DNA of 41,324 nucleotides from Nitrososphaeraceae archaeon (GTDB lineage: Archaea > Thermoproteota > Nitrososphaeria > Nitrososphaerales > Nitrososphaeraceae). The notes under the pieces are model-generated. The model made no database searches. It was not told the DNA's origin and worked only from the letters and a program-made list of their open reading frames with translations. Of this stretch, positions 1-11,078 are shown piece after piece (the stretch's first letter is position 1; every line of letters begins with the position of its first letter). The DNA lies in NCBI GenBank assembly GCA_035297365.1, contig DATGZA010000012.1, positions 1 through 41,324 on the forward strand, written 5' to 3'. The position numbers were made by a program, and so were the translations under genes.

Positions 1-218
1 CAAGGATATGTAAAATATTTTTGAGATATTTGGATGTATAGTATTTGAAATAATCGAGTTATCTATTCTTGTTCGTACATGGATATTACTATTACCAATA
101 AAGAAGAATGTATGACTTGGTCTCATCTATTATAATAATAAGTAGTAAAAAGCGATTTAAAGAATTATTGCAAGATACTTGCATAAAAAACGTGTGGTAT
201 TATTGTCAATAGAATTTT

Positions 219-253
219 ATAGATAGATGGATAGATGGATAGATGGATAGATA
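219..253. repeat. Short tandem repeat (ATAGATGG) x3 plus partial copies
   Basis: Sequence reads atagatagatggatagatggatagatggatagata in an intergenic region. Confidence 0.8.
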
Positions 254-377
254 ATTTATCAGTGTACCATAATCTACTATAGTCAGGCTGATTGACATTT
301 ACAAAATAGATTTTTTTATATGTTTATAGTGGTAATTATTATCACATACTGATATGTATGATTTTAGATAGTGCTAA

Positions 378-1817
378 TCATCTGTAATCTTCTTCTGATA
401 CTATCTCTTGTTGACTATTTTCAGCTGGTAATATTCTATATATTGTTCCATCTTCTTTACCGAAAGTAAGTACATAAAGATAACCATCAGGTCCCACTTC
501 TATATCTGTAATTCCACCAAAACCATATCCAAATACTGCCTGATTAATTTCTCTTTCACTCGCAACTTTATCTGCAAGTGGTCCATCAAGTAATAATCCT
601 TTTCTTTGTTGGTCGAGTTTAAAGTAGTAAAGATTACCATTCTTGATATCTCCTACAAAAATATCATTTTCATAATTTTTGCCTAATTTATCAGAATTAA
701 GAAATTTGAGAGCAGTTGGAGCAACATCCCATACAAATTCAGGAGAACTATATTTTCCTTTTCCCAAGTCCACTAGACCATGATCCTCAGCATTTATTTG
801 TTGCTCCACTAATTGTCCTTTATTCCATTCATCATCCAAAGTCCAAAATCCCTGTATATTAGCCCATCCGCCATTAGAGCCTGGTTCAACAAGATTAATT
901 TAATCACCAAAGGTGGGGCCATTCTCTGTATCCCATAGATTACCTGTTATAGGATCAAAATCAAATCCAAAGCTATTCTTTATTCCATATGCGTAATATT
1001 TGTTTAATGAATGTTCATCTCCAAGAACACCTGCACTGCCTACTACTCCACCATCTTGAGTAATTCGAAGTATACCGGCTCTTCCATCAGGATCTAATCC
1101 ATTTACATAATTTTGAGCTTTGGTCTGAGAATCAGGATGATCTACCCTGCTAAATGCGGTTGGTCTTTGGTCTCCAACTACAAGGTACACATTATTATCA
1201 GGTCCAATACCAATCATGCCCCCAACGTGAGAATCATCTGGCCAAGCTGGTAAGTCCAAAAACAAAGTAGGATTTGCTAATCTAGTGTTATCGTCTATTA
1301 GTTCATACTTGTAAACACGGTTCCCCAAGGGAACATCACTTTTTGTTGGTCCAGCTTCAGTAAAGAATAAGAAAACATGGATTTGGGTGTATAGATTCAG
1401 TTCCAGAGCTAGTTGTATTCTTTCCCTTTGTAGCAATAGCGATTCCTAGCATTCCCCTTTCATCTTTAGAGTTTACATTAACTTGAAGTAATGGTTGTTG
1501 TAACATTTTACCATTTAAAATCCTCTGTACAGTACCTTCGTCTTTCTCCAAAACCAATATATCATCTGAGTCCAAGAATGCCATTGCAGTAGGTGATCTT
1601 AGTCCCTTGTAGACTACCTGAGCAACAAGCTTGGGATCGTTAATAGTCGGTCCTTCTGGATTTGCTTTGCCTTAGTAGCATAGACACTAGGAAAATAATC
1701 ACTCAGATAATCTCCGGTAGGCATCGAATTCAAAACTAAAACTACCAGTGAAACTAGAACAAAAATTGTAGTTGGGTTTACTCTAGAAACAGATAGCATT
1801 GAAAAAGTACATTTCAT
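378..1817 (-). pseudogene. PQQ-dependent glucose/sorbosone dehydrogenase (beta-propeller) pseudogene
   Basis: Four consecutive ORF pieces join into one protein: signal peptide, PTAMAFLD, DERGMLGIAI, HVGGMIGIGPD, AYGIKNSFGFDFDP, TENGP, GGITDIEVGPDGYLYV. Frameshifts near 1670 and 1400; in-frame TAA at 900-902 inside FGD*INLVEPG, where E is expected. Confidence 0.88.
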
Positions 1818-2719
1818 TAGTATATTTATTCTACATCTATTATCACAAATGATATATTGTCTATGTCGAAATATCATAATATTACTGCTGCTGATTTTGC
1901 AATAGTAATAAAATCTTTTACATAAATTTACTACAGAATATCTCGATCTGGGCTATTCTCAAAAAAATTGTAGACAAATAATTAAGGTCATCCTCAAAAA
2001 CGGACTTTAGAAGAGAAAAAAGTTATTCTTTCTGTTTTTTAATTTAACTAGGTTTAACATTTATACCTTCTATTAAAAGTTATGTTAATAAATAAACAAT
2101 TTATGTAAAATTGTACTATTCATAAACCATTATTTTTTCGAATTTTTAACATTCATCTATTTATGTATTACTAATAATTTTAATAGAATTTTTGTAGATG
2201 TTTTTTGATGATATTATACATCATAATTTGTTCTAAATTTGATAATTTGACGACTATATTTTGTAATTTAAATTTTCTACTCATTATTGATATAGAATAA
2301 GCATGACTATAATTCTTTTATATTTTTTATTTTTGATCTTTTCTTTAACAAGCTGAAATTCTTCATATTCACCCTCGTATTCAATAATAGAATGTAATAC
2401 CCAGATAAGTCGACAAAGAATATATCATTTCAAAATAAAAGCTATAAAATACTTAAGTAGGATACGAAAATATTTACTTCAGTACTTCAATTAAAGTTCA
2501 AAATTATACAATATTATTTTTATTTTTGTATGAAATTCATATCAAATTGTAATAGTAGTTGTTATAGAATTATAATTCTAGAATTATAACACCTAAAAAT
2601 CAACAGACAAAATAATCGTATTAGAATGATCGATAACAATAAACTTAAGATAATGAGTAGAGTAATAACATATTATAATTTTTAGCATTCTAAATAAGTG
2701 TATTAAATATAAATGCAAT

Positions 2720-3718
2720 ATGCGCAACCCAGTCTTTACCGCCGTACTATTATCAGTGCTTTTATTATCAGGGGTTATCGCCACATCAATGGTCTCATTT
2801 ATTGGTGCAGAGGCATCCTCAGATAAGCAAGAAAAGAAGAAAGAAAAAGATAAAAAAGATTATTATGAAAACTACAATGAAGTCAAAGATGTTTATGAAT
2901 CCACAGATCATGATTCTTACAAAATGCCGACGACAGATCAATATTCTGATGGTTATAACACGAATGACTATGCAGCAGAAGCAGATCAATATTCTGATGG
3001 TTATAAAACAGATGGATATGTTTCTGAACAAGATAAACAAGTAAAATATAAAGATGATGACAAAGGAGACTATAAAAATAACGACAAAAAAGCAATTAAA
3101 AAAATCAAAATAATTGAATGTAGGAACTCTAATCTTAATGGAGATACATTAGATGATATCGAAACCGTGGAATCAATGAAATCTGAAAATCCTATTGTTA
3201 AACAATTGGAAAATCATCAATTAGGGAATCAAATGACTGAATATAATCAATATAATGGAGGTGTTTATGAATTCTATATTGATTCAGACACCAAGATAGT
3301 ATTCATATGCAGTAATGAAAATTATAACTTAGACTCTGATAACAATATAGATGCATTAAAGGCCACAAATACAAATTCAACTACAATAGAAACTACAGAG
3401 AGTGGCAACGGAACAACAGCAACAATGGATTCTAATGATAATGCAGATACCAGAAACGAAATAGAAACTACAGAGAGTGGCAATGCAATAGTGCAACAAA
3501 AACAACAAGAACAACCAGTACAACAACAAGAACAAATACAACAACAAGAACAACAAAAAGATACTAGATTATTGAATTCTGGTAATGCAATAGCAACAGA
3601 TGATCCTGACGATAGAGTAGATTTAGTTACGAACGAGATGATTTCCGGCCAAAATACGGACTCCTCATCAAAGATGGATGTCGACACAACACCAAATTAC
3701 CTAAATATTATCAAATAA
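2720..3718 (+). CDS. Secreted low-complexity protein of a lineage-expanded family
   Basis: N-terminal signal peptide, Y/D-rich repeats, KIKIIECRNSNLNG and KIVFICSNEN motifs, Q-rich tract. Confidence 0.8.
   Translation: MRNPVFTAVLLSVLLLSGVIATSMVSFIGAEASSDKQEKKKEKDKKDYYENYNEVKDVYESTDHDSYKMPTTDQYSDGYNTNDYAAEADQYSDGYKTDGYVSEQDKQVKYKDDDKGDYKNNDKKAIKKIKIIECRNSNLNGDTLDDIETVESMKSENPIVKQLENHQLGNQMTEYNQYNGGVYEFYIDSDTKIVFICSNENYNLDSDNNIDALKATNTNSTTIETTESGNGTTATMDSNDNADTRNEIETTESGNAIVQQKQQEQPVQQQEQIQQQEQQKDTRLLNSGNAIATDDPDDRVDLVTNEMISGQNTDSSSKMDVDTTPNYLNIIK
2934..3483 (+). repeat. Intragenic direct repeats
   Basis: 25-bp cagatcaatattctgatggttataa at 2934-2958 and 2982-3006; 24-bp aatagaaactacagagagtggcaa at 3385-3408 and 3460-3483. 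Confidence 0.85.
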
Positions 3719-3726
3719 CAGTAATA

Positions 3727-3769
3727 ATCCTTAATTCGATTTAGGGATCTTCAATAATTTTTATTTTTA
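3727..3769 (+). terminator. Putative terminator (hairpin plus T-tract)
   Basis: ATCCTTAA/TTAGGGAT stem just after the stop at 3718, followed by a T-rich run. Confidence 0.4.
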
Positions 3770-4089
3770 TGAAAGAAAAGTAAGTTATAAAATAATAAAT
3801 TTCAAATATTTTCACAATATGACAATTCTTTTGGATTAGTATAAAAAAGATTTTCTCGACATCATTATAAAATGATGAGAAACATATTCCTGGGTAAAAA
3901 ATATAACAACGGACAACAAAAGTAATAATATTGTTAATGAAGAGATTTTCGAAGATTTAAACAAATTAATTTTATTTTTTTCTAGTATTAAAAATAGTAT
4001 TAAAAATTTCCCTAACTTTTAACAAAATATGCTAAACAGATCAATTTTTTAACGTCAGAAATAGAATTTCAAATTAAATGATCTTACCT

Positions 4090-4917
4090 TCATCGTTTGA
4101 TTAAATTATAGAATTTTTCATCTGTAACTGCATAGAAAGACAGTCTGGTCTTCACATCAAGATCAGAATCTAATTCTTTTCCATCAACCGAGTACAATTT
4201 TCCACCTGCTTCTTTTGCTATTAGATATCCCGCAGCCATATCGGTGGATCGTATCTTTCCTCTAATATCGATATAAGCATCCATAAATCCTCTAGCAAAA
4301 TAACATAGTTCAAGAGCATTGGCACCAAAATGTCTTATATGATTAGAACATGAAAGCATAGATAAAAGTTCTTTTAGTATATTTGATGGTATTCCAGAAA
4401 TATTTGTACCGATAACAGGATCAATAGATTTGAGATCTTCTAGAGACTTAACCGCATTAAGATTTGTATTTCTTACTTTGATTTTTCTATTATTAAAATA
4501 TGAACCTTTATTCTTTGATGCCGAATATATATCACCAGTAAACAGGTCTAGAACCACTGCATCAATTACAGAACTCAGTCTAAATTCGGTTGCATATGCC
4601 AAGGAACAACAAAAAAAAGGAATACCGCGTGTTGCGTTAGTAGTTCCGTCTACTGCATCCATTATCAAAAAGCCATTATTTTCGTTCGTATGATTTTTTT
4701 CATAAATTAGGCCACACTCTTCTCCTACTACGATGGGAAAAAAATCTGATTGTCTAATGGTTTTTAATACAACGTCTTCAGCGACTAAATCAATCTTTCT
4801 GGATATATCTCCTCCTGCACCAAGAGAAATTTTTAACGCCCCCTCGTCTGTTCCGACAAGATTTTTAACTTCCTGATATACATTTTTGGAAGCTTGGATT
4901 AATGTATCTAATATCAT
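4090..4917 (-). CDS. Inositol monophosphatase / fructose-1,6-bisphosphatase family protein
   Basis: Motifs GEE, DAVDGTTN, RHFGANALELC and DMAAGYLI. Confidence 0.92.
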   Translation of the reverse strand: MILDTLIQASKNVYQEVKNLVGTDEGALKISLGAGGDISRKIDLVAEDVVLKTIRQSDFFPIVVGEECGLIYEKNHTNENNGFLIMDAVDGTTNATRGIPFFCCSLAYATEFRLSSVIDAVVLDLFTGDIYSASKNKGSYFNNRKIKVRNTNLNAVKSLEDLKSIDPVIGTNISGIPSNILKELLSMLSCSNHIRHFGANALELCYFARGFMDAYIDIRGKIRSTDMAAGYLIAKEAGGKLYSVDGKELDSDLDVKTRLSFYAVTDEKFYNLIKR

Positions 4918-5254
4918 AAAAAATATTTATTACATATATATTATAAATGATGTATCAATGTAAAATGATGGCAGTCATTCAAGATAAAACAGAATGAAAA
5001 AATTCAATTTTTGAGCTGTTCTTGAATATTGCTCTTTCTTAATTTCATTATTTTATAAATAGCCATTTTTATACCCATATAGATACTATAAAACGTTCTT
5101 GAGACCATAGTATTACAATAGTGTCTTTTACTTTTAAACTTTAATCAAAAAAGAAGTTTTGAAAGGTTAGAATACTTTATACTTTATATAAAATATCTAA
5201 ATCGATTTCTGGAAAACAGATTGTTTCGTCCCTAATCAAAAATAAGATGGAAAC

Positions 5255-5596
5255 TCAAATAGGAAACTCAAAAGATGATTGGTCAAGTTCTAATATTGGA
5301 ATATAGATAGATTGAGTATCATTTCCGATATTATTAACAAATTCGAATTTTCCTGTCAGTTGTCTTAGTTCAATAAATTTTCTTGATGGTTTTTCATCAA
5401 TAACAATATAGTGAACGACTGTATTGACTGCCCCAGTTTCTATGAATAATAATTGCTTTTCTCTGTAATTAATGTGATAAAGCATAGGAATCATTCCTAT
5501 AGGAGATTGGGCTGCAAATAAGATTACTTTGAGCATATCTTCAAGATCATTATATTTTAGATATGTGATATAATTGGATTCTTGGTTTGATGACAT
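5255..5596 (-). CDS. Hypothetical protein
   Basis: 113-aa ATG ORF with globular composition; function not recognised. Confidence 0.75.
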   Translation of the reverse strand: MSSNQESNYITYLKYNDLEDMLKVILFAAQSPIGMIPMLYHINYREKQLLFIETGAVNTVVHYIVIDEKPSRKFIELRQLTGKFEFVNNIGNDTQSIYIPILELDQSSFEFPI

Positions 5597-5744
5597 CTAA
5601 TAAATCTTACATCATATAAAACAATAACCTATAATACTCTTTCTTTCTTTCTTTGATCCTTTACAGAAAGTTAGATTAGAACTATGTTAAAAAATTTAGA
5701 ATAGGTGTTGATAAATATAACGGTAATTTAATAAATCTAAATCA

Positions 5745-6389
5745 TTGAAGAAGTTAACAAAGTACTGTTTTTTCATTCTATTTAGTGCTATTGTTATTAT
5801 TTTTAATCTCAATTTTCTTGATAATTCAATAAGTGGTTATAAACAATATGATGAGTTAAAAAGACAAATAGAAATTTGTTGTACGTGGGGTGATACACTC
5901 GAAGATGGAATACTGACTTTTGAGATAATTAATGCAAAACCAGAATCAAAAGAGCTTGTGAAAGCTGCTTTCAGTTATTGGGATCAAAATCTAGATGCAT
6001 TGAGATTTAAAGAAGCTGATGATAAAGAAAAGGTAGATATTAGTGTCTCTTTTGGAAGCGACAATGGAAAAGTAGCAGGTCAAACCATAACTAATTTTGA
6101 TTCAAAAGGATTTATTTATAGTAACAAAATTTTTCTAGCTGAAAATGCTTTCACAAAAAAACTAACTAATAATTTGATAGAATATATTGCTAAACATGAG
6201 ATTGGTCATGTATTAGGTCTTGGTCATGCAAATTTTGATGACTCTTTGATGTCTTCTTTGGTATACAATATAAATAACAAAATCGATCAATGTGATATAG
6301 AAGCTGTAATGCAAGCTAACAAATGGAAATTAATTGATAATTCCGTTGTTCCTCAACTAACTAAAAATAAAAGTTATATATGTAAATAA
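5745..6389 (+). CDS. Matrixin (M10-like) zinc metalloprotease, exported
   Basis: HEIGHVLGLGH zinc motif, SLM Met-turn, N-terminal hydrophobic segment. Confidence 0.9.
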   Translation: MKKLTKYCFFILFSAIVIIFNLNFLDNSISGYKQYDELKRQIEICCTWGDTLEDGILTFEIINAKPESKELVKAAFSYWDQNLDALRFKEADDKEKVDISVSFGSDNGKVAGQTITNFDSKGFIYSNKIFLAENAFTKKLTNNLIEYIAKHEIGHVLGLGHANFDDSLMSSLVYNINNKIDQCDIEAVMQANKWKLIDNSVVPQLTKNKSYICK

Positions 6390-6670
6390 TACATATAGTT
6401 GGAACAAATATTCTATTTATAACAAGGTACAATAATTAATTTTAATTTTTATCTTTCTATTAAAAAAATTCATGGTAATACAGACTTCACGGAATATATT
6501 ATGGGTCGGAATTATTTCTTTCATGGTGACATAATATAAATATATAGTTGCATTAAATATATAAAATATTAAAATAACATATAACACTTTCCTTTCCTAA
6601 AACAATGTTATAAATTTGAACCATTCGTGATAATAATAATTGATTAGCTGCTAGTAATATAAAAAAATAC

Positions 6671-6943
6671 TTAATCTTGTATGTTATGATCTTTATCATC
6701 TGGAGTGATTAATTCCATAACCTTTGAATATAAATATAGAAATCTTCTTCCTTTATCTGTAATCCTGAAAATCTGTTCCTTTTCAAGGTATTCAATTAAT
6801 TCTCTTTCTAATAGTATTGAAAGATATTCTTTTAATTGACTATAAGAAAGAAAAGCTTTATACATTATCTTTGTTTTAGCTGCACCATCTTTAGTAGCCT
6901 CCAATATTAGCGCTACTATATCAGTTCTACTTCTATATTTCAT
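6671..6943 (-). CDS. Winged helix-turn-helix transcriptional regulator
   Basis: RSRTDI...KTKIMYKAFLSYSQLKEYL...FRITDKG archaeal wHTH signature. Confidence 0.9.
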   Translation of the reverse strand: MKYRSRTDIVALILEATKDGAAKTKIMYKAFLSYSQLKEYLSILLERELIEYLEKEQIFRITDKGRRFLYLYSKVMELITPDDKDHNIQD

Positions 6944-7030
6944 AGATAAATTTTATAGAACAAATGTTTCATAAAAATTGATCGCAGAAAAGATATAATT
7001 TAAAAATGGATCTAGAAAAGATATAATCTA

Positions 7031-7288
7031 TTAGCCTTTTGATTTTGAATCTAGTTCAATTAACAATTGTTGACCTTTTTTTGTTATAGAATAATTCCTA
7101 GAACTTTTTTTTATATATTCTTTCATTCTTTCAATATGGTAATAAATTGAACCGGTTGATAACGCAGTGGCATTTTGAATGTCAGAAAAACCAGCAGAAC
7201 CATTTTTTTCAGATATAGCACGTAATATCATTATACGAGTTCTTCTAGCACGGAGTTGAGTCTCCCCTATCAATAAAAGTAATAACAA
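7031..7288 (-). CDS. Small winged-helix (ArsR-like) protein; start uncertain
   Basis: TRIMILRAI...FSDIQNATALSTGSIYYH...YSITKKG. Confidence 0.75.
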   Translation of the reverse strand: MLLLLLIGETQLRARRTRIMILRAISEKNGSAGFSDIQNATALSTGSIYYHIERMKEYIKKSSRNYSITKKGQQLLIELDSKSKG

Positions 7289-7464
7289 GAGAAATTATTT
7301 ATTTTTTACTAAAGAAAATAGAATTTATAAAGAAGATAAAAAGTCATATAATTATATTATAAAAAATATCAAATTTCACATTTTCTTATGCAAAGAACTT
7401 AGCTCTAAAATCTTCGTAAGACTTATAGACATATCATATACTAATCTTACTTGCGATGTAATAT

Positions 7465-7600
7465 GGGGTCGTAGCGAAGCCAGGCATCGCAACGGGCTCC
7501 AGATCAAAATTTAGGGCTGGTCTCAGTAGGAAGAAACCCGTAGGTCAAGGGTTCAAATGGTAATGGTTTTTCATTATCAGAACAGCTCCCTTCGGCCCCA
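7465..7600 (+). tRNA. tRNA-Trp(CCA) with two introns (about 7503-7535 at 37/38; about 7557-7585 in the T-loop)
   Basis: Acceptor stem GGGGTCG/CGGCCCC; D-arm GCGA/TCGC; anticodon stem ACGGG/CCCGT with CT-CCA-G; T-stem AAGGG/CCCTT interrupted by a BHB-forming insert. Confidence 0.92.
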
Positions 7601-7748
7601 TTTGCAAATTCTAAAATTGAACTGTAATAACATGATAACAAAATTTATCTTAAATAAACAAGAGTCAGATAGATAGATGTTCTTATCAAAAGATACTCTC
7701 CCTCTCCCTCTTAGGTTACTGTATATATTAATATGAGAAAATTTTAGA

Positions 7749-8825
7749 ATGACGTATATGGAAAAAGAATCAAAATCTAATGAAAGTATAGCAATAATCG
7801 ATCTTGATATTCAAGATATTGAAGGAGTTGGTCCTACAACAGCAAGAAAATTGAAAGATGCAGGTATTGTTTCGGTAATGGATCTAGCAGTATCTAGTGC
7901 GGAAGAATTATCAGAAAGTATTAATGCTACAAAAGAAACTGCTGCTTCTTTTATAATAGCAGCTCAAAAATTATTAAGAGAAACAAATGTTTTAGATAAG
8001 GAATTTGTTACCGCTGATGCAGCATTACAAAAAAGGCGATCAATGTTAAGATGCTCAACTGGATCATATGCATTAGATGATCTATTACTGGGTGGAATAG
8101 AGACACAAGCCATTACTGAATTTTATGGAGAATTTGGTTCAGGAAAATCGCAAATATGTCATACATTATGTGTTATGGCAAAACAACCAATAGAAGCAGG
8201 AGGTTTAGAAAGCAGTGTAATATATATTGACACAGAGGGGACGTTTAGACCTGAGAGAGTTGAACAAATAGCTAGATCAAGAGGATTTGATCCAACTGAA
8301 ATTCTGAAAAATGTTGCTGTTTGTAAGGTTTATAATAGTTCACATCTAGAGCTAATAGTAAAAGATTTAGGAAAATATATTGATGATTTTAAAGCAAAAT
8401 TAGTAGTAATTGATAGTATTATCTCTCTTCATAGAGCAGAATTTTCTGGAAGAGGAACATTAGCTGATAGACAACAGAGACTAAACAATATGCTACATAA
8501 ATTGATTAGACTAGCAGAAATATACAATATAGCTATTGTTATAACAAATCAAGTACAATCATCACCAGATACGTTCTTTGGTGACCCAACAAAAGCTACT
8601 GGAGGTAATGTGCTTGGACATGCATCTACATATAGAATTTATCTAAGAAAATCTGGAGAAAATAGAGTAGCAAAGATGATGGATTCTCCTTATCATCCAT
8701 ATTCAGATACAAGGTTTACTGTTACTGAGAGAGGCACCGATGACATAGAGGAACAGACTACAAAGAAAGGAAATAAAAAAACATCAAAGAAAAATGAAAT
8801 TGATAATGAAGAAGAAGAAGAATAA
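7749..8825 (+). CDS. radA: DNA repair and recombination protein RadA
   Basis: N-terminal HhH (IEGVGPTTA), Walker A GEFGSGKSQ, YIDTEGTFRPER, GRGTLADRQQ. Confidence 0.97.
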   Translation: MTYMEKESKSNESIAIIDLDIQDIEGVGPTTARKLKDAGIVSVMDLAVSSAEELSESINATKETAASFIIAAQKLLRETNVLDKEFVTADAALQKRRSMLRCSTGSYALDDLLLGGIETQAITEFYGEFGSGKSQICHTLCVMAKQPIEAGGLESSVIYIDTEGTFRPERVEQIARSRGFDPTEILKNVAVCKVYNSSHLELIVKDLGKYIDDFKAKLVVIDSIISLHRAEFSGRGTLADRQQRLNNMLHKLIRLAEIYNIAIVITNQVQSSPDTFFGDPTKATGGNVLGHASTYRIYLRKSGENRVAKMMDSPYHPYSDTRFTVTERGTDDIEEQTTKKGNKKTSKKNEIDNEEEEE

Positions 8826-8845
8826 TATTTTTTTAAACATTCTTT

Positions 8846-9118
8846 TTATTGATATGATAACTTTCTATTTGAATACCACTTTCCAAACCTAATCATCGTT
8901 ATACCAACTGAAATAACAAGTAAGACGATTAATAATAAAATTGGATGGATAAGAAGATTTAGTGGATATGGTGCTTCGGAAAAATAAATGCATTTAATAT
9001 CACTATTGCATTCTTTAATAACTGGAAATGCAAGTAATGTAACAGCAAAAACTATTAAGGAAATTGTTCCTATTGATGCGGCTACTGCGCCTAATTTTAT
9101 TATCAGGGATATATTCAC
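8846..9118 (-). CDS. Small two-TM membrane protein
   Basis: Two hydrophobic segments flanking a Cys-containing loop; lies in tandem with the 9167 ORF. Confidence 0.6.
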   Translation of the reverse strand: MNISLIIKLGAVAASIGTISLIVFAVTLLAFPVIKECNSDIKCIYFSEAPYPLNLLIHPILLLIVLLVISVGITMIRFGKWYSNRKLSYQ

Positions 9119-9166
9119 AGAGAAAATTGATAGTAAATTTAGAATTCTTTCTTTTAAACTTTAGTC

Positions 9167-9787
9167 TTATAGCTTTGATATGTCCATTGTTACAAAGTTA
9201 TAGTAATTGTCCTGTGTTACTTTGGAAAAATGGTTATTATAATACAAAAAAGGAAGCTCTTTGTATGTGTGTTCATCCCATAAATCATGAACCTTGTCAA
9301 AATATTCTTTTTTGGTCTTACCTTTGATCCTCAAAATTTCATGTAATAATATATGAGATATTCTAGCACAATTAGAATCAGCAAAAAATTTTGAACGTTG
9401 CTCATCTGAAATTATCTTGTTAGGCCTTATCCAATATAACATTCCAAAATTATTTGTAGCATATCCATCAACATGACAATCACTCCAAAATGGTCTGAAA
9501 TATGACAGGTAAAAATGATATGTGGATTTTCCTCTCTGCTGATGGTCTCGTAAGAGATAACCAAGTGAAGCTCTGTCAAATAATTTTCCTGGTATTATGG
9601 GGAGAATATCTGCAACTATACTAAAGTTTATATGAAAATATTTTTTTGCCCACCAATGAAAGAAATTTACCATAGAAGATACATAATGCCAATCTTCCGA
9701 TTGTAATCTTTCCCATTCTTCATTTCTTGCTACATAGATAAAGAATAATTTATTATTTGATATCGATTGCATATTACATTCATTCAA
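9167..9787 (-). CDS. Hypothetical protein, possible zincin-like fold
   Basis: 206-aa ORF with SHILLHE, an HExxH-like site lacking the catalytic Glu. Confidence 0.75.
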   Translation of the reverse strand: MNECNMQSISNNKLFFIYVARNEEWERLQSEDWHYVSSMVNFFHWWAKKYFHINFSIVADILPIIPGKLFDRASLGYLLRDHQQRGKSTYHFYLSYFRPFWSDCHVDGYATNNFGMLYWIRPNKIISDEQRSKFFADSNCARISHILLHEILRIKGKTKKEYFDKVHDLWDEHTYKELPFLYYNNHFSKVTQDNYYNFVTMDISKL

Positions 9788-9799
9788 AAAAAGGTAAAA

Positions 9800-9976
9800 T
9801 CAAATATGGTTGGAATTTGAACATTCGCAGTTGCAATTATTATTACCTTCAAATAATTTTCCCATTTTAAATTGTGAATAGTAATATGATTTGTGCATAT
9901 GTTTAATCAATTCATAATCATAATTAAAACTATATACACAAGCAATACAATTTTTTAGAACTTTTAGCCCATCCAT
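9800..9976 (-). CDS. Small Cys/His-rich putative metal-binding protein (58 aa, not in ORF track)
   Basis: Manual translation MDGLKVLKNCIACVYSFNYDYELIKHMHKSYYYSQFKMGKLFEGNNNCNCECSNSNHI*; stop lies 12 nt before the co-oriented 9787 start. Confidence 0.55.
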   Translation of the reverse strand: MDGLKVLKNCIACVYSFNYDYELIKHMHKSYYYSQFKMGKLFEGNNNCNCECSNSNHI

Positions 9977-10119
9977 ACAAAAGTATTATTGGAAAATATA
10001 ATAAAAAACATTTCTATCCAATGAAAATTATAAGATAATAATTATGAACATACTTTTAATTTATGACAACCTAAAATCAATCATAATTATATTAAAGATA
10101 CCTTATTAATAATAGATCA

Positions 10120-10992
10120 TTGAAAGATGTTGAATCAATAATTAATGATTGGAAAACAGATGTAGTTGAACCAATTATAAAAGTAAACGATCTTGATAAG
10201 ATTACGAATTCTGCATTACAATTATCAAAAATATTATATCATGATGATCTGGATTTAGAGAAAAATCTTCATGATATTAGAATCTTGCAGAGAGAACTTA
10301 ATGACAAAGTAAAAGAAAGATCTAAGAAAGAGATAGTAAATAGACCCACACAAATAATAGAAATCATTAATGAATTTATGTTTAAAGAAAAAGAATTTAG
10401 ATCAAACATTCATGATTATCAAAATCCTATGAATAATTTCTTGAATGTTGTATTGCAAAAGAAAATAGGAATTCCAATTACATTATCAATTATCTATATT
10501 TCACTGGGAAATTCAATTAATTTTAGATTATATCCAATTAATTTTCCAGGCCATTTCTTAGTAAAACATATTTTAGATGAAAATAGAAACGAGATCATAA
10601 TAGATCCATTCAATCAAGGAAGGATCATGGACGATTATTCACTAAAAAATATACTGGATAGATTTTTTCCATATCAAAAAATCTTGGTAACTAAATCACT
10701 ACTAGAAAAAACAACACTTTCATATGTAATAATAAGATTACTTAATAACCTGAAGGAAAGTTTTTTTGAAATCCAAGAGTTTGAGCGACTAAATATAGCT
10801 AATGAGATGATATTATCTATCGAGCCCCAAAATTCTCATGCAATAAGAGACAAAGGAATAATTTTATATAACGAAAATCCACAAAAAGCAGAAGAATTAC
10901 TAATTAAATATCTTGAGCTGGAACCCGAAGCTAATGATGCTGATTCAATTTTGAATACCATCAAGAATTTGAGAGGTAGAAAAGATTTTTAA
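10120..10992 (+). CDS. SirB1 family transglutaminase-like/TPR protein
   Basis: GIPITLSIIY, NFPGHFLV, IIDPFNQG, RLLNNLK, RDKGII motifs. Confidence 0.92.
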   Translation: MKDVESIINDWKTDVVEPIIKVNDLDKITNSALQLSKILYHDDLDLEKNLHDIRILQRELNDKVKERSKKEIVNRPTQIIEIINEFMFKEKEFRSNIHDYQNPMNNFLNVVLQKKIGIPITLSIIYISLGNSINFRLYPINFPGHFLVKHILDENRNEIIIDPFNQGRIMDDYSLKNILDRFFPYQKILVTKSLLEKTTLSYVIIRLLNNLKESFFEIQEFERLNIANEMILSIEPQNSHAIRDKGIILYNENPQKAEELLIKYLELEPEANDADSILNTIKNLRGRKDF

Positions 10993-11078
10993 TTTATCGA
11001 TATTTGTTACAAAATGGACAAATTATTTATACTAAAGGGATGAATAGTGTTAGTTACTTTTCAACATTTTACAAAAAA

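Noticed and set aside
219-253. 8-bp tandem repeat as a functional element
   Set aside because: Short and isolated; consistent with replication slippage.
1880-2700. Long AT-rich intergenic region as a possible ncRNA or origin
   Set aside because: No GC-rich stems, ORB-like repeats or adjacent cdc6 visible.
2593-3687. Several overlapping short ORFs, including a Cys-rich minus-strand ORF
   Set aside because: Antisense or alternative-frame shadows of the low-complexity 2720 gene; the Cys run mirrors CAA repeats.
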